Positions 30,306 to 46,759 of a DNA stretch of 64,000 nucleotides are shown here, one piece after another. Made by a program: the position numbers and the translations under genes. The notes under the pieces were generated by a model. That model ran no database searches. It was not told where the DNA came from and worked only from the letters and a program-made list of their open reading frames with translations. Position 1 is the stretch's first letter. The number at the start of each line of letters is the position of its first letter. The DNA comes from the human T2T-CHM13v2.0 reference genome, Homo sapiens, in the NCBI RefSeq assembly GCF_009914755.1, contig NC_060946.1; one strand, 5' to 3'.

Positions 30306-30829
30306 CGTTTGGGACAGCGGACTGGGAGGGGGCGGGAGGGGCTGGAGGGAAAGGAGCTGCCTGGGTCATCCTAGGAGTGCTGGAAGCTGCTGTAGGCCAG
30401 GCATACACACACGACACATCCAGACAGAGAAGGGGGCACAGAGTGAAGCTGGGAGAGGAGAGCCCAGAACAGTAGCTGTCCCACGACTTCCCACACAGAA
30501 GCGCTCCGCTAAGGAGCTGGTTCTTTTTTTACATATATAATAAACAATATTAAAGACCAATACATAAATAAGTGGGAGTGAACAGGTTAAAGGTAATTAA
30601 TATCAAAATTAAGATCTTTCTTTCTTTCTCTCTCTCTTTCTCTTGCTTTTTCCGTTCGTCACACGCAGGCTGGACCGTGGCAAAAAATTAACCAAAAGGT
30701 CAACTTCAGTGTGAAGGAAGGAGCATTAGGAGAACAGAGAAAGGAATAAAGAAAAACAGCAGCAAATTACTCTTAGTACTGTGGAAACAAACAGAAATTG
30801 GGCTTAGAAAAAAAAAAAAAACAGAGGAA

Positions 30830-31285
<456 letters not shown>

Positions 31286-32937
31286 TTAAGCAGAAAAGAG
31301 CCACGATGTCTCTGCATTCCAAATCTAGGGATCCCGATTCAACAAGTCCAGATCACTCTATACACCTGGTTGTGATGACCCAAGACTCTAACCTGGACCC
31401 TCATGCAGTGAGTATTACCACAGCCCAGGTCACATTTACTGAGCGGGAGTGGGGGCTTCCTGAGCAAATCCCAGGGAACTTTGGAGTCTGCACAGCTCAC
31501 CGTGCTGCTGTGCTCCGGGAGGGTGTTGTCAAAGGGTTCTAAGAGGAAAATCAGAAACGTTTTGGCAACCTGACTGGAACCCTAAACCTCCCCCAAGCCC
31601 CCCACCCCCCATGCTAGCATCTCCTTTGTGCCGCAGTCTCTCCAAACGGCATTTGCTTCTCCTCTCTCCCCTACCGCCCTTTTGCCACATCAAACCTTAG
31701 ATGCTGGAGTCCTTGAGTTAAGACCAGCGACTTTGACATGTTTAAAAGGAAATGAAACTGGTTTAAATAACACAGTTCTGGGTTTTATGAAGATCGTGCA
31801 CTAAAGTACATAGCACAGATTAGTCCTCCCAGCTTGCAGGAAAAATAAAAACACCCCAGGGTCTCTGCTTTGCCAGTTCCCGACAGAGGAGCGAAGGGAG
31901 GGTAAAGGACGTTGCGAGTTCAATGTAAAAGGCAAGGAGAAGACAGCTGACGGGGCTTTGCGGATGCACGAAGAAGTGGGAGGATGTCCGGATCCTCTTT
32001 GGAATACAAACCCTGTCATCGTCCATGCCCCGAAGTTGCTGGAGCTGCAAAGGCCTCAGTCCAACGAGGACTGAGACGCTGCTGGCCTCGAAAGGAGATC
32101 TCAGCCACCCCAGGCTGAGCCCACCCGTTTGGGCCCTGAGCTGAGCTTCCAGCACCTCTCCAAGCTCCTGGCTCCTTACCACGCCCCCAGCTTTCCCCAA
32201 TGTCCCCCTCCTGCCTAACTCACCAGGCCTCCCAACCTCTTCCCGAACACCCCACCAGTGCTCACTCCTCTTCCCTTCTCCTGCCAATCCAACCGCCATC
32301 TGCCCTGTCTGGCCCAAGTCACACCTCACTTGCTCAGTAACATGCTCCTGTATCCTCCCAGGAATTGGGAAGGAAAAGGACAATGGTGACCAGTAACTAC
32401 ACATTGTTGATCCTCACAGACCTGGAGAGAAGTGAAGTCACATGGGTGGATGCCCACCACGAGGACCACCCAGCCATGGCCAGGGAGGCAGGTCTCAGAA
32501 CACGCTCACCGGGCCTCAGGGGACTCACCCTCAGGGGACCACCATAAGCATGTGAGCCAGGAGGGCCACCACACCAGCATCCTACAAATGTAACAACATA
32601 CAAAGTCGTCACCCAGCCAAGAGCCTGGCTTAATCCACGTATTGACTTGAACCCGGCACCTCTGCATGCTGGGCACACACACATCCACACAGGTGAGCAC
32701 AGTCGTGTGCACCTGCACGTTACACAGGTGAACTTTTCTCATCCAGTCCTGAGGTTTCCACTGCATCTTAAACACTTAGCCGAGGTGTGTCAGGACCAGC
32801 AATGTTGTCTTTGCGGCCCTTTGATGGTCCCCTTTGCAGTCAGTCATCCCAGCCATCAAATAATTGAACACCTGAGATTCCTTTCAGCAAATCATAGCCA
32901 TTGGTAGATGCACAAATATTTAAAAAAAAAAAAAAAA

Positions 32938-33240
32938 GGCCAGGCGCGGTGGCTCATGCCTGTAATCCCAGCACTTTGGGAGGCCGAGGCGGGTGGATCA
33001 CGAGGTCAGGAGATCGAGACCATCCTGGCTAACACGGTGAAACCCTGCCTCTACTAAAAATACAAAAAATTAGCCAGGCATGGTGGTGGGCGCCTGTAGT
33101 CCCAGCTACGTGGGAGGCTGAGGCAGGAGAATGGCGTGAACCCCAGGGAGCGGAGCCTGCAGTGAGCCAAGATCACGCCCCTGCACTCCAGCCTGGGCGA
33201 CAGCGAGACTCCGTCTCAAAACAAACAAACAAACAAAAAA
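32938..33240 (+). mobile_element. AluY
   Basis: GATCACGAGGTCAGGAGATCGAGACCATCCTGGCTAACACGG. Confidence 0.95.
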
Positions 33241-33243
33241 CAT

Positions 33244-33554
<311 letters not shown>

Positions 33555-33762
33555 CTATGAATGATTCCAGGCTATCAGAATCTACTAGGACTTAGCCTTG
33601 GGGCCTGCGTGTGCCTGGCCATAGCCACCTATTCGCTGTCATGGAGACATCTCACAGTCACCCGGTGGACACCCCAGCAATCCAACGAGAGGGTGCGAGG
33701 AGGCTCCCCCAACGTCCAGCCTCTGTGGCACCTGCTAAGCACTAACTAATCATGTTTGATAG

Positions 33763-34290
<528 letters not shown>

Positions 34291-34982
34291 TCACTGGGAA
34301 GGGGAGAGGGGGGAAGAGGGGGAGAAGAAAAGCGTAACGGAAACCACATGGTATTGGTGGGGGCCACTCAAGAATAGTGCTTCACGGTTACAGGACACAT
34401 AAAACAGCAGAAACCTTCTGCAGCTGCATACTGCCACGGAAATCAAACTGGCAGAAACACAATTCTCCTTATCTCCTAAAGAAATTATTTGGAGGGCTGG
34501 CCCCAGGGAAATTCAGGCAAAGAAATTAAAGGGGAAAATGAAGGCAGACGTAAACTTGCTGAATTTATCATTGTGTCATGCTGGAAGCTGAGGGAAGTGT
34601 CATATTTATATGACTGAGTTATAAGCTGTGGTTTTTATTAACCAGTGAAAAACACACTGAGATCAGAAATGGTGTCTATGAAACAATTCTTGCATATGGG
34701 CCTTGAAAAATAATATAATGACAAACAGACAAAGAATCTGCTGATGAAAACTAACTCATATACGTAAAATAACAAGGTTAGAAATGTCTCTTTCTTCATA
34801 TGAATGGAATGACGTAAAGTCCTTTTTTAAAGAACAAATGTTTTCTAAAATCAAAAGAGATTTTTCTCTTCTGGAAGTTTTAACACAGGAGATTCAGAAG
34901 CGAATGCAGGGGACAATAATGAAATGAAAGAAATGATAATGACGAAAGAGACAGAGGCACACATTCTAAAGATCAAGCAAGA

Positions 34983-35276
34983 GGCCAGGTGCGGTGGCTC
35001 ACGCCTGTAATCCCAGCACTTTGGGAGGCCGAGGCAGGCTGATCACCTGAGGTCAGGAGTTCGAGACCAGGCTGGCCAACTTGGCGAAACCCTGTCTCTA
35101 CTAAAAATACAAAAATTAGCCTGGCATGGTGGTGCGCACCTGTAATCCCAGCTACTCAGGAGGCTGAGGGAGAATCGCTTGAACACAAGAGGGGAAGTTG
35201 CAGTGAGCCGAGATCACGCCACTGCACTCTAGCCTGGGCGATAAGAGTGAAAATTCTGTCAAAAAAAAAAAAAAAA
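34983..35276 (+). mobile_element. AluSx/Sq-like
   Basis: Full dimer with poly-A tail. Confidence 0.92.
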
Positions 35277-35510
35277 TCAAGGCAGGGGAGAATCAGGGGA
35301 TGGGGAACCTCCTCTCTAGCTCTGGTGGTTGAAAGGCAGCTGCAGGCTCCCCAGTCTGGAATCTCTAAGGCTCTCATGGGACTCTGCCAGTGCCCATGGT
35401 CTTCTGAGCCTTGCCTTCTTCCAGCATCTGGCAGCTGCTGTATTCTTGCTCCACCAACAGCTGCTGTCCTGGCTCCGCCGCAACTTCCCTGCCCAGAGAT
35501 ATGGGAACTA

Positions 35511-35957
<447 letters not shown>

Positions 35958-36242
35958 CTATGCTGTGCCTAAAATGGCACCTGACACTTAAGAAGAGCTC
36001 AAAAACTATTAGCAGCCACAATCGTCAGTTTATTCACTTTTGAACAGGTGTTGACATTTACATTCTTTAAAAACAGAAGAGCAAATGAGGGCTGAGAGGG
36101 TGAAGCCCTGCTCCACCCGTAGGCAGCCACAGTTCCGACTTTCCCTGAGTCCTCCCAGAGCGCTTCAATGTGTGTACATGCAACGGACGTCAAGTCCTTC
36201 TTTTATGAAACAGTAATATACCCGTATTCACTTTCTGTTCTT

Positions 36243-36848
<606 letters not shown>

Positions 36849-36869
36849 TAATTTAGAAAAATAATTGTT

Positions 36870-37060
36870 TGCAGTACTTTTCTGATTTTGCTCCCCATAA
36901 GTCAGCATTCCCTGACCCGGGAACCTCACGTCAATGGAATAATACCATATGGGTTTTTGGGTCTGGCTTCTTCAGCTCAGCATAACCTCTAGAAGATTCA
37001 TCCATGTGGTTTTGAGTATATTTAGATCTTTTTTTAATTGTGATAAAATTGCATGACCTG
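36870..37060 (-). mobile_element. L1M fragment
   Basis: AATGGAATAATAC..GTCTGGCTTCTTCAGCTCAGCATAA..GATTCATCCATGTGGTT. Confidence 0.7.
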
Positions 37061-38430
37061 TTGGGTATAAATTTCTGTAATCCCATGGTTCTGTGAATCT
37101 AATACCAACAGACCCTCGGGAGTGTAAATTTCGAAGCCCTCAACGCTGTACCAATTGTCAACGGGAAATCCATAATCAAAGCGCTCTAAGACTCTCAAAA
37201 TCTAGACCTCCAGATCAAACTCATTCATACCAAAAAAGTCCAGCATCCAAGAATGGCCCACTCCACCACTCGCTGGGTTGTCCTAGTCGAAGACCCAAGA
37301 AGGAGTAACCCCTCCCCTCCCACAGCCAGCTGCTCCCCAAGACCCTGAGAGTCTAGCGTCCTCATCTACATCCGTCCCATCATGTTGACCCCTCCGCCAG
37401 TGCCTTGGCTCCAGCGCTACCACCCCTCCCCCACACAGTCAGCAGCCATACCTCAGAGCCCCCCTGGCCTCCGGGGCTCCTCCACTGCCTCCCACAGGCC
37501 AGGCAGGTGTGGTTCCAGCCCGTCAGCCAGAAGCAGGACCAGAGAGGCATGTACAGGAGCCAGCTTTGTGGTGGGATCACTTATCTCACCTGTAAAATGG
37601 AAAAATAATATCTTCCCTAATTACCTTGACAAAGAAATGATAATGTAGGAAAATTCAATGGCCCCAAAGGGCTTTCACGAAGCATCAGAAGAAACAGATC
37701 CTATCATCCACTGACCCAACCCATTCATTTAAAACATGTTTGCCCTGTACTTGTAGGGGGGCCAGGCCCTGTGCTAGACACCCAGGGATTCCCCGAGAAG
37801 ACAGCCCCTGACCCGGAGCTGGGGAATCCTGTGGTGGCCCAGAGGAAGAACCAAGGATCCTTGCCTGGTGGGGAGGGTGGGTGGCCAGGGAATGTTCCGT
37901 GAAGGTGGGGATTTGAGATGAGCTTGGAGACCATGACTGGGGGTCTCCAGGCTTGGAGAGAAATGGATGATGGAGAGAACACCAGTGAGGCAAACGCCGT
38001 GGGATGGAGGGTGCTGGAGGGAGGGCAGAGGAGGACAAGTGGAGGAAACAGAGAACGCCGCGGCTTATTCCCACCATGGACAAGCGGGCCACAGTGGAGA
38101 CAGTGTGGGGCCACAGTGTGAGGTGCTCTCGAGACAGCACCGGGGAGTGGGGCAGAGCAGAGCTGGCTGGCTGTGGGGCTGGGGCTGGGGAGCCAGGCAC
38201 AGGGAGCTCAGAAGGGTCTCATGCGAGTGACTGAGGGGGTCTGAGCTGCACCGACGGAAGCTTTCTCAGCGCTCAACCAGACTGCCCAGGGATCCCACAG
38301 GAGGGGAGGGGAGGGGAGAGGGAAGAGCCAGGAGGGCTGAGGACAGGCACTTAGGTGGGTGGCCATGGGCCGGGACCTCAAGGGGAGGCCTTGGGTGAGA
38401 TGACCCCCAAGGATTTAGATTCTTTATTCC

Positions 38431-38621
38431 TTGATTTTGTTGTTGCTGTTAGAAACAGGCTCTGGAGTACAGTAGTGTGATCATGGCTCACTGTAGACTC
38501 TACCTCCCAGGCTCAAGTGATGCTTCTGCCTCAGCCTCCTGAGTAGCTAGGACTATGGGCCTGGGCCACCACACCTGGCTCATTTTATCTTTTATTTTTG
38601 TAGAGACAGGGGTTTTGTTAT
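38431..38621 (-). mobile_element. AluJ, 5' truncated
   Basis: Right arm and linker only. Confidence 0.8.
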
Positions 38622-38699
38622 GCATAGCATAGCAATATGAAAGTCAAAACAACCTAGAAGATCCTGGGTCCATTACTGGCCAAATAAATCCAAAATAAA

Positions 38700-39496
<797 letters not shown>

Positions 39497-41175
39497 GAGC
39501 CGTCGGCAAACCTCTTCACCTGCACGTCCAGCTCCACCACCATCCTGCCAGGTCCTCTCCACTCCTGTCTGATTGAGAATCTTATTGTCTCCCTACCACC
39601 CCTGACAAGATCTGCCTCCTGTTGGATTGTTCTAGTTAACAGCAGGGCTGGCTTTGCAGGCTCACTACTAATCATGAGGACCTTAAAATTATCCTGTTAA
39701 CTAAAAATAAACAACAACAAAAAAAGGTCTTACAAAAATAGGTCAGTGTTTGGGGGCTCAGCCCAAATCTTCTGGGTCTTCTCCAGGAGGAAGACTAGGT
39801 TGCAGGGTGGTCTTGAGGATGGGTCTCAGTTTTCCCATCCCTGTATTGGGAGGTAATAATCTCTGCCTGCCTTACCCCTGAATATGAGGGTGGACCAAAG
39901 GCCTTCTGCCTCTTCTTCCAACTCTGAGGATGCCGGGCTCTGAATCATATATTTACAACTTTTCAATAACTTATGTGACCCTTTATGACGAAGGCCCACG
40001 CTGGTCAGGTTGCTGTATACTTCCACATCCCCCGCCTAACTTTTATTGATAGGAGTTCCTTTGATTTTCCATAAAGATAGTGATTGATGCCAAAGTCAGT
40101 GATTGCCAGGGAGTCCCTGTCGGGGAGGAGGGACCAAAGGACAGCTGGCTCAGCTCCCCTGAGCTGGGGAGGTAGCGGCCCCGATTCCCACTCGTCAGAT
40201 GAGACCTTGAGAAGGACGGAAGGTCACAGTGATAAAGGGATGCTGTCCAGAGTAACTGATGCACAGCACTGCTCTGCACAGAATTTCATGCCCATGCTGG
40301 ATGGCAGCCCGGGCGGGGAGGATCTCCCCTTTAAAAATGAGGACCCTGGGGTTGACAGGTTTTAAGTGGCATATCATAAAGCGTTCCTGCCACATCACCC
40401 CTGGGGTGTGAGGTTGGGCCTGACTCCATAGAACTGAATGGGCTTTAGCCACAGAGACCCGTTCAGGAATCTATTTGTCTGTGGACAGTGGATAAAGATG
40501 GTCATGAGCAACACTGATTTCAAGGGAAACTTTGTCTCTGGCCACAAATAAACGGTTGCTGCTTCGTTTGGCTCACAGACTGCATTGCCCTGGGCCAATG
40601 TTTCGTTTTTGTTTTTTTTTGTGGAAAGTGGGGGAGGTGGGTGGTGACATTTTCAGCTGCTGTTTTCATGCGTCATTCTTAGTCACTGTGGGCAGCTCAG
40701 AAGCCAGCACGAGCCTTCCCACCACCTGGGGCTGGGGGTTCCCAATTTCATGGTGCTGACGCTACCTGCAGAAGAAAGTGACAAACACGTGTCCCTCCTC
40801 CAGATCCCATGAAGAGGGGGCCATACGGCCCCTCCTAAATTAAAGACAGACACACGTAGGGTAGGCTCAGTGGCAGAGCCAACCCCGTCGTGACACCTGA
40901 CCTCTTTGGAGATTATGATCTAGCTCCTTGCACCATCTGGAACATTCCCAATGCTAGAATAGCAAAGATGGGCCCTGAACATTCAAAATAGATGCCGAGA
41001 ACCCAAACCTGGAGCTTCATGCCTATGCCTCATGAGCAAGCCCCTCGGGGCCCTACTCCAAGGCATTTGCTTTTGTTTTAGATATAACTTAACCCCGAGT
41101 CTCTCACAAATGACACATTCAAAGCAACAAATTCCTAATGTGTTACCCCTGCACACTTGCTGAAGAAAATATTAA

Positions 41176-41487
<312 letters not shown>

Positions 41488-41837
41488 TCCAGTGGGTAAT
41501 CATTGTAGATGAATCTTAAGGTACCTTCCAACCCCAGTATTCCAAATTTTCAGTCTTCAGCAGAGATCATGATGAAAGAAATGACATAAAGGATGTAGTT
41601 CCAGATTTCATTTCCCAACACCAAGCAAGCATTTCCACAAATATTATTTTAGTTTCAGGAGCATATAAGCTGCTTTATGGTATCTCTCCCTGTTTTTCCT
41701 TTTTTTTCAGAGGGGCAGCTTGGCTCCGTGAAAGGAGAGCCCTGGACTGAGGTGCCCCATGGGATGGATGCGGCGTGACTTTGTAGATGGCACCGCACTG
41801 TGGTGGTTTGTCTTCTCTCCTGTGACGTCGAGATCCA

Positions 41838-41960
41838 CTCACTCACCAGCATTTATTGAGCAATTTCTGTGTGTCGGGAGCCATTCTAGACCCCAAGGGG
41901 ATTGGTGAGAAACAGGACAGACATGCTCTCTGCCTCACTGAGTGTCTTTTTCCTCTAGAA
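41838..41960 (-). mobile_element. L2 3' end
   Basis: CACTCACCAGCATTTATTGAGCA..CTGTGTGTC..GACAGACATG.TCTCTGCC. Confidence 0.75.
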
Positions 41961-41972
41961 AGATGATGATGA

Positions 41973-42400
41973 GGCCAGGCATGGTGGCTCACGCCTGTAA
42001 TCCCAACAGTTTGGGAGGTGTGGTGGCAAGCACCTGTGGTCCCAGCTACCTGAGAGGCTGAGGCAGGAGAATCGCTTGAACCCGGGAGGCGGAGCTTGCA
42101 GTGAGCCAAGATCATGCACTGCACTCCAGCCTGGGCGACAAGAGTGAAACTCCGTTTCAAAAAAGAAGGAGGAGGAGAAGAGACTACAGGCACCCACCAC
42201 AACGCCTGGCTAATTTCTTTGTATTTGTAGTAGAGGCGGGGTTTCACCATGTTGGCCAGGCTGGTCTCGAACTGCTGACCTCGGGTGATCCGCCTGCTTC
42301 GGCCTCCCAAAGTGCAAGACGGTAAATCTTATATGTCTTTTACCACAGTAAAAAATTTGGGCCTGGGTGACAGAGTGAGACCCTGTCTCCAAAACCAACA
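41973..42400. mobile_element. Mosaic: internally deleted AluS (+), antisense Alu fragment (42182-42315), L1M 3' snippet, Alu 3' snippet
   Basis: Four abutting pieces read directly. Confidence 0.8.
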
Positions 42401-43033
42401 TTTTTTTGAGAAGCGTATTATACTCTGGTGAGGAGACAGGCCACCATGAAGGGGAATAGTGCAGGAAGCAAGTCTGGTTCCTTCCAGCAAGTTCCATCTG
42501 GATCAGCTCATGCCCTAGCCCCGACATGAAAGGCTTAGGTGTGGTGTCTCCTGCACTCACTCCCCCAGGCTTCCCAACTCACAGTGCCCCCTCCTCCCCA
42601 CTTAGCTGGTACCCCAGGGGAGTACCCTGTGTTGGGTGCTAATGGTTCCAGGGTTACAGAGGAGAATCAGGAGCTTATGGCTACATGTGTGGGCGGCAGG
42701 GAAGGTGTTGGCTTTGACCCATGCAATGAGCTGGGAAGGCATAAGAAGGCACTTTCCCAAATACATCTGCTTTCCAACTCCCAAACTTCCATCATTGGAG
42801 AATTTCTCCCTGTCCCTGTTAAAATGCAGATGCTCCTAAAAGGAACCATCTACAGTCACCAATTTCCAGAGGCAGTTTATTATTTCTCTTTTCAGCAAGA
42901 CTGCTCTCTTTGAAACTAGTTCCTTAAAGGGAAGGAGGGTGTGGAGAGGGAACACAGGCATGTGATGCTGTGGGGAAGCGGGAGCCCTGCTCTGGCTCAG
43001 GCCTTCAGCAGCCCCGTTAAAAAACAGTGCACA

Positions 43034-43336
43034 GGCCAGGTGCAGTGGCTCATGCCTGTAATTCCAGCACTTTGGAAGGCCAACTAAGGCAGGCGGATCA
43101 CCTGAGGTCAGGAGTTCAAGACCAGCCTGGCCAACATGGTGAAACCCCGTCTCTACTAAAAAGACAAAAATCAGCCAGGTGTGGTGGCGTGCATCTGTAA
43201 CCCCAGCTTCTAGAGAGGCTGAGGCAAGAGAATTGCTTGAACCCAGGAGGTGGAGGTTGCAGTGAGCCAAGATCTTGCCACTACAATCCAACTTGGGTGA
43301 CAGAGCAAGACTCTGTCTCAAAACAAACAAACAAAC
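43034..43336 (+). mobile_element. AluSx-like
   Basis: TSD AAAAACAGTGCACA at 43020-43033 and 43337-43350. Confidence 0.93.
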
Positions 43337-43350
43337 AAAAACAGTGCACA

Positions 43351-43457
43351 GGCCGGGCGCAGTGACTCACACCTGTAATCCCACTGCACTCCAACCCAGG
43401 TGACAGAGTGAGACTCTGTCTCAAAAAAAAAAAAGACCAAAAAAACCACAAACAAAC
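43351..43457 (+). mobile_element. Collapsed Alu (5' ~32 bp fused to 3' ~40 bp plus tail)
   Basis: TGTAATC-CCA-CTGCACTCC junction. Confidence 0.88.
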
Positions 43458-43685
43458 AAAAACCAGTGCACCAACCTCCTGATGGGCTGCCTAGCTCCAG
43501 TCTCTTCCCAGCTAATCTGTTCTCCAGGCCATTCCCAGACTTTTTCAAAATATTACTTTATTTTTCATTATTATAAAAGTTATATGGGCTCATTAAAATA
43601 AATTCAAATAATACTAAAAAAGAAACGATATTACTCAAAATTCAACTTCTTCCAGACTTTTTAATAATCATTCATATATAGATAT

Positions 43686-44554
43686 TGTACCAATTAGCAA
43701 TTGCCACAAAAAAAAACCTATGTAACAAACCATCCTAGAACTTAGTGGCTTCAAACAATCATGTGTTTTTATGAGCTGCAGATTGTCATAGTTTGGCTGA
43801 CGGAGGCTGGGCTCAGTGGATGCCTCTGCTGATCTTGGCTGGGCTTACTCATTCCTTTGGGAATTGGCTTAGGGTTGGCTGATTGGGGCTGGTCTTGGCT
43901 GGTGACTTAATTCTGCATATCCCTCATCCACCTCCTGAGACCAGTGGGTAGCATAAGAATTTTCTTCTCAACAGCAAAAGAGACCAACTGAAACCACTCC
44001 CAGAACTGGTACATCCATCACTTCTGTCTCATCCTATGGATAAAGTAAATAATGTGGCTAACCCCATGTATTGGTCCATTTTCATACTACTATGAAAAAA
44101 ATACCTGAGACTGGGCAATTTATAAAGAAAAAGAGGTTTAATGGACTTATACTTCCACATGGCTGAGGAGGCCTCACAATCATGGTGGAAGGTGAAGGAG
44201 GAGCAAAGACATGTCTTACACGGCAGCAGGCAAGAGGGCGTGTGCAGGGGAGCTGCCCTTTATAAAACCATCAGATCTCTGGAGTCTTATTCACTAATCA
44301 CAAGAACAGCACGGGGAAAAAACCAGTCCCGTGATTCAGTTACCTCCCACTAGGTCCCTTCCATGACATGTGGGGATTATGGGAGCTACAATTCAAGATG
44401 AGATTTGGGTGGGGACATAGCCAAACCACATCACCCAAGTCAAGAGACAAGGAAGTACACCTCACCCACAGCTGGAGGGCACTGGAGATTACAAGGAGAG
44501 GAGCAGGGATCCAGGAAAGGATGAAGACCTGGGCCAGTTATGTAATCCACCTCA
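43686..44554 (-). mobile_element. MLT1 (H/I-like) LTR interrupted by THE1C, within an L1ME fragment (~43550-44740)
   Basis: TGTAACAAACCATCC.AGAACTTAGTGGCTT.AAACAA; continuous across the THE1C. Confidence 0.65.
44067..44433 (-). mobile_element. THE1C solo LTR
   Basis: Complete antisense LTR TGTATT...CCACATCA; 5-bp flanks CCCCA/CCCAA. Confidence 0.92.
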
Positions 44555-44955
44555 GATATGGTGGATCTTTTTGAAATAAAAGCATATTCATGTTATATAC
44601 ACTATTTCTCAAGCTACATTTTTTTCCCACATAATGGATTGTAGACATCTTTTCAGGTCAAAAACAGTTGTTTTACATTGTTATTTTTAATGGTTGAGGA
44701 GAATTTTGATACATGGATGTGTTTTAATTTATTTAATCACAGAGTTATAGTTCATAACCTCAGGCCTGATCACATAACTGTCCAACTTACAACCTTTCAA
44801 GGGCCCAACACTGGATGAAGTCCAAATCTACTGTCTAAAAATCATGGTCCTTCTCAGTCTGATCTCAAATAGCTGTTCTTATTTCGTCTCCTCCTCACTC
44901 CTTCCCACTCATCCCTCTGAAGCTATACAGTAGGTGACACTCCATTTTTCCCCAC

Positions 44956-45315
44956 TGTCCAGGTTAAGATAATGCCTATGACTGTAACAGATGACCCCAT
45001 ATCTCAGAAGCTCAACACAACAGAAATTGAGACCTCATTTCTGCTCACATAAAGGAGTATCTGTAGCAGCACGGGGAGGAGAGCTCTGCTCCAGGCAGTC
45101 ATTCAGGGACACAACGGACCTTTAACAAGATCATCTCAGACATCAACATTCAACCAGCAGATGAGGGGAAAGAGAGAAGAAAGGATCTCACCAGAGGGGT
45201 CAGGCCCAGACACAGAAGTGGTATATTCCATTAGCCCACTTTCCATGAGCCATGATTCAGGAATATGCTGGAATACCTGCAAAGGAGCTGGCAAAGGTAT
45301 GGGACCTGTGCTCAG
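44956..45315 (-). mobile_element. MLT1 (J/K-like) LTR
   Basis: CTGTAACAGATGACCCCA.ATCTCAG..GCTCTGCTCCA.GCAGTCATTCAGGGAC. Confidence 0.65.
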
Positions 45316-45520
45316 CTATCCAGGCACTTTGCATGGTAAGTGCATCTGTTCATCTGCCTGGGATACCTCTCCTTCACTCCAGCTTTCAGTCTGCTCAAAG
45401 GTTTGCCATGGGAGACCCTCCCTGCTCTGGGCTGAGTCAGGGGCTCTCTCTGGGCGCCCACGGCAGATAGTCAGACACCTCCACCGGAACACCTGCTCTC
45501 CCACATTAGAATAGTGATGA

Positions 45521-46089
<569 letters not shown>

Positions 46090-46759
46090 TCAGGAGAAAA
46101 GTTTCCCTTGAAACACACACCCCAACCCCTGCAGCCTGATCTCTCCCCTCTGCCCTGGCCTCTGCCCTCTAAGGTTCCGGGTGGAGTGTGTTATGCAGAG
46201 AATGAGGCAGAAGCAGCTGGGGCTGAGGCTTGCCCTACCTGGACCATCCCTGCCAGCACAGAGGCTGGTTGGCTAGGGCAGGCCGAATGGTAGGGTCCTG
46301 GGGAAGATTCCAGCAGGTGGGGCCTAGCTTGTGGGGAGAAGCAACTAAGGGCCTGGGCAGGAAGCCCCTGTCCTGCCCCCAGGGCTCATGGTCTCAGTGC
46401 TGTGCCCAGGCCAAAGTCCCTCTGAACCTGGACTTCTAGAAGCAAACTTGACCAGAGAAAGGAGACAGCAGAGGGCTGGAGACACCCAGGGCCTCTGGGT
46501 CCCTGTCACTGCCCCTGCCCCATGGGGCCTGCTGAAAGCCCCTCAGGTCACCAGCACCCCACACCCAGAAGTCTTTCCCGCTCTGCAGTTTCTCAGGCCA
46601 GAGGCCTAGACGCCCCCAGGACACTGCCTTCTGCCTCACTGCCCCTCCTCGTCACTTTATACCCCCCTGCCCCAGGCTCTCCCCACCCCTGCCCTACCCC
46701 TCACCCTGGGCCAGCACTAGAGGAGGCACCCTGCCCTTGTACGGCCCTGAGGGTGAGTC

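Noticed and set aside
32050-32110. Possible hammerhead ribozyme (CTGAG...GAAA with stems)
   Set aside because: It lacks the CUGANGA core and a closable stem II/III
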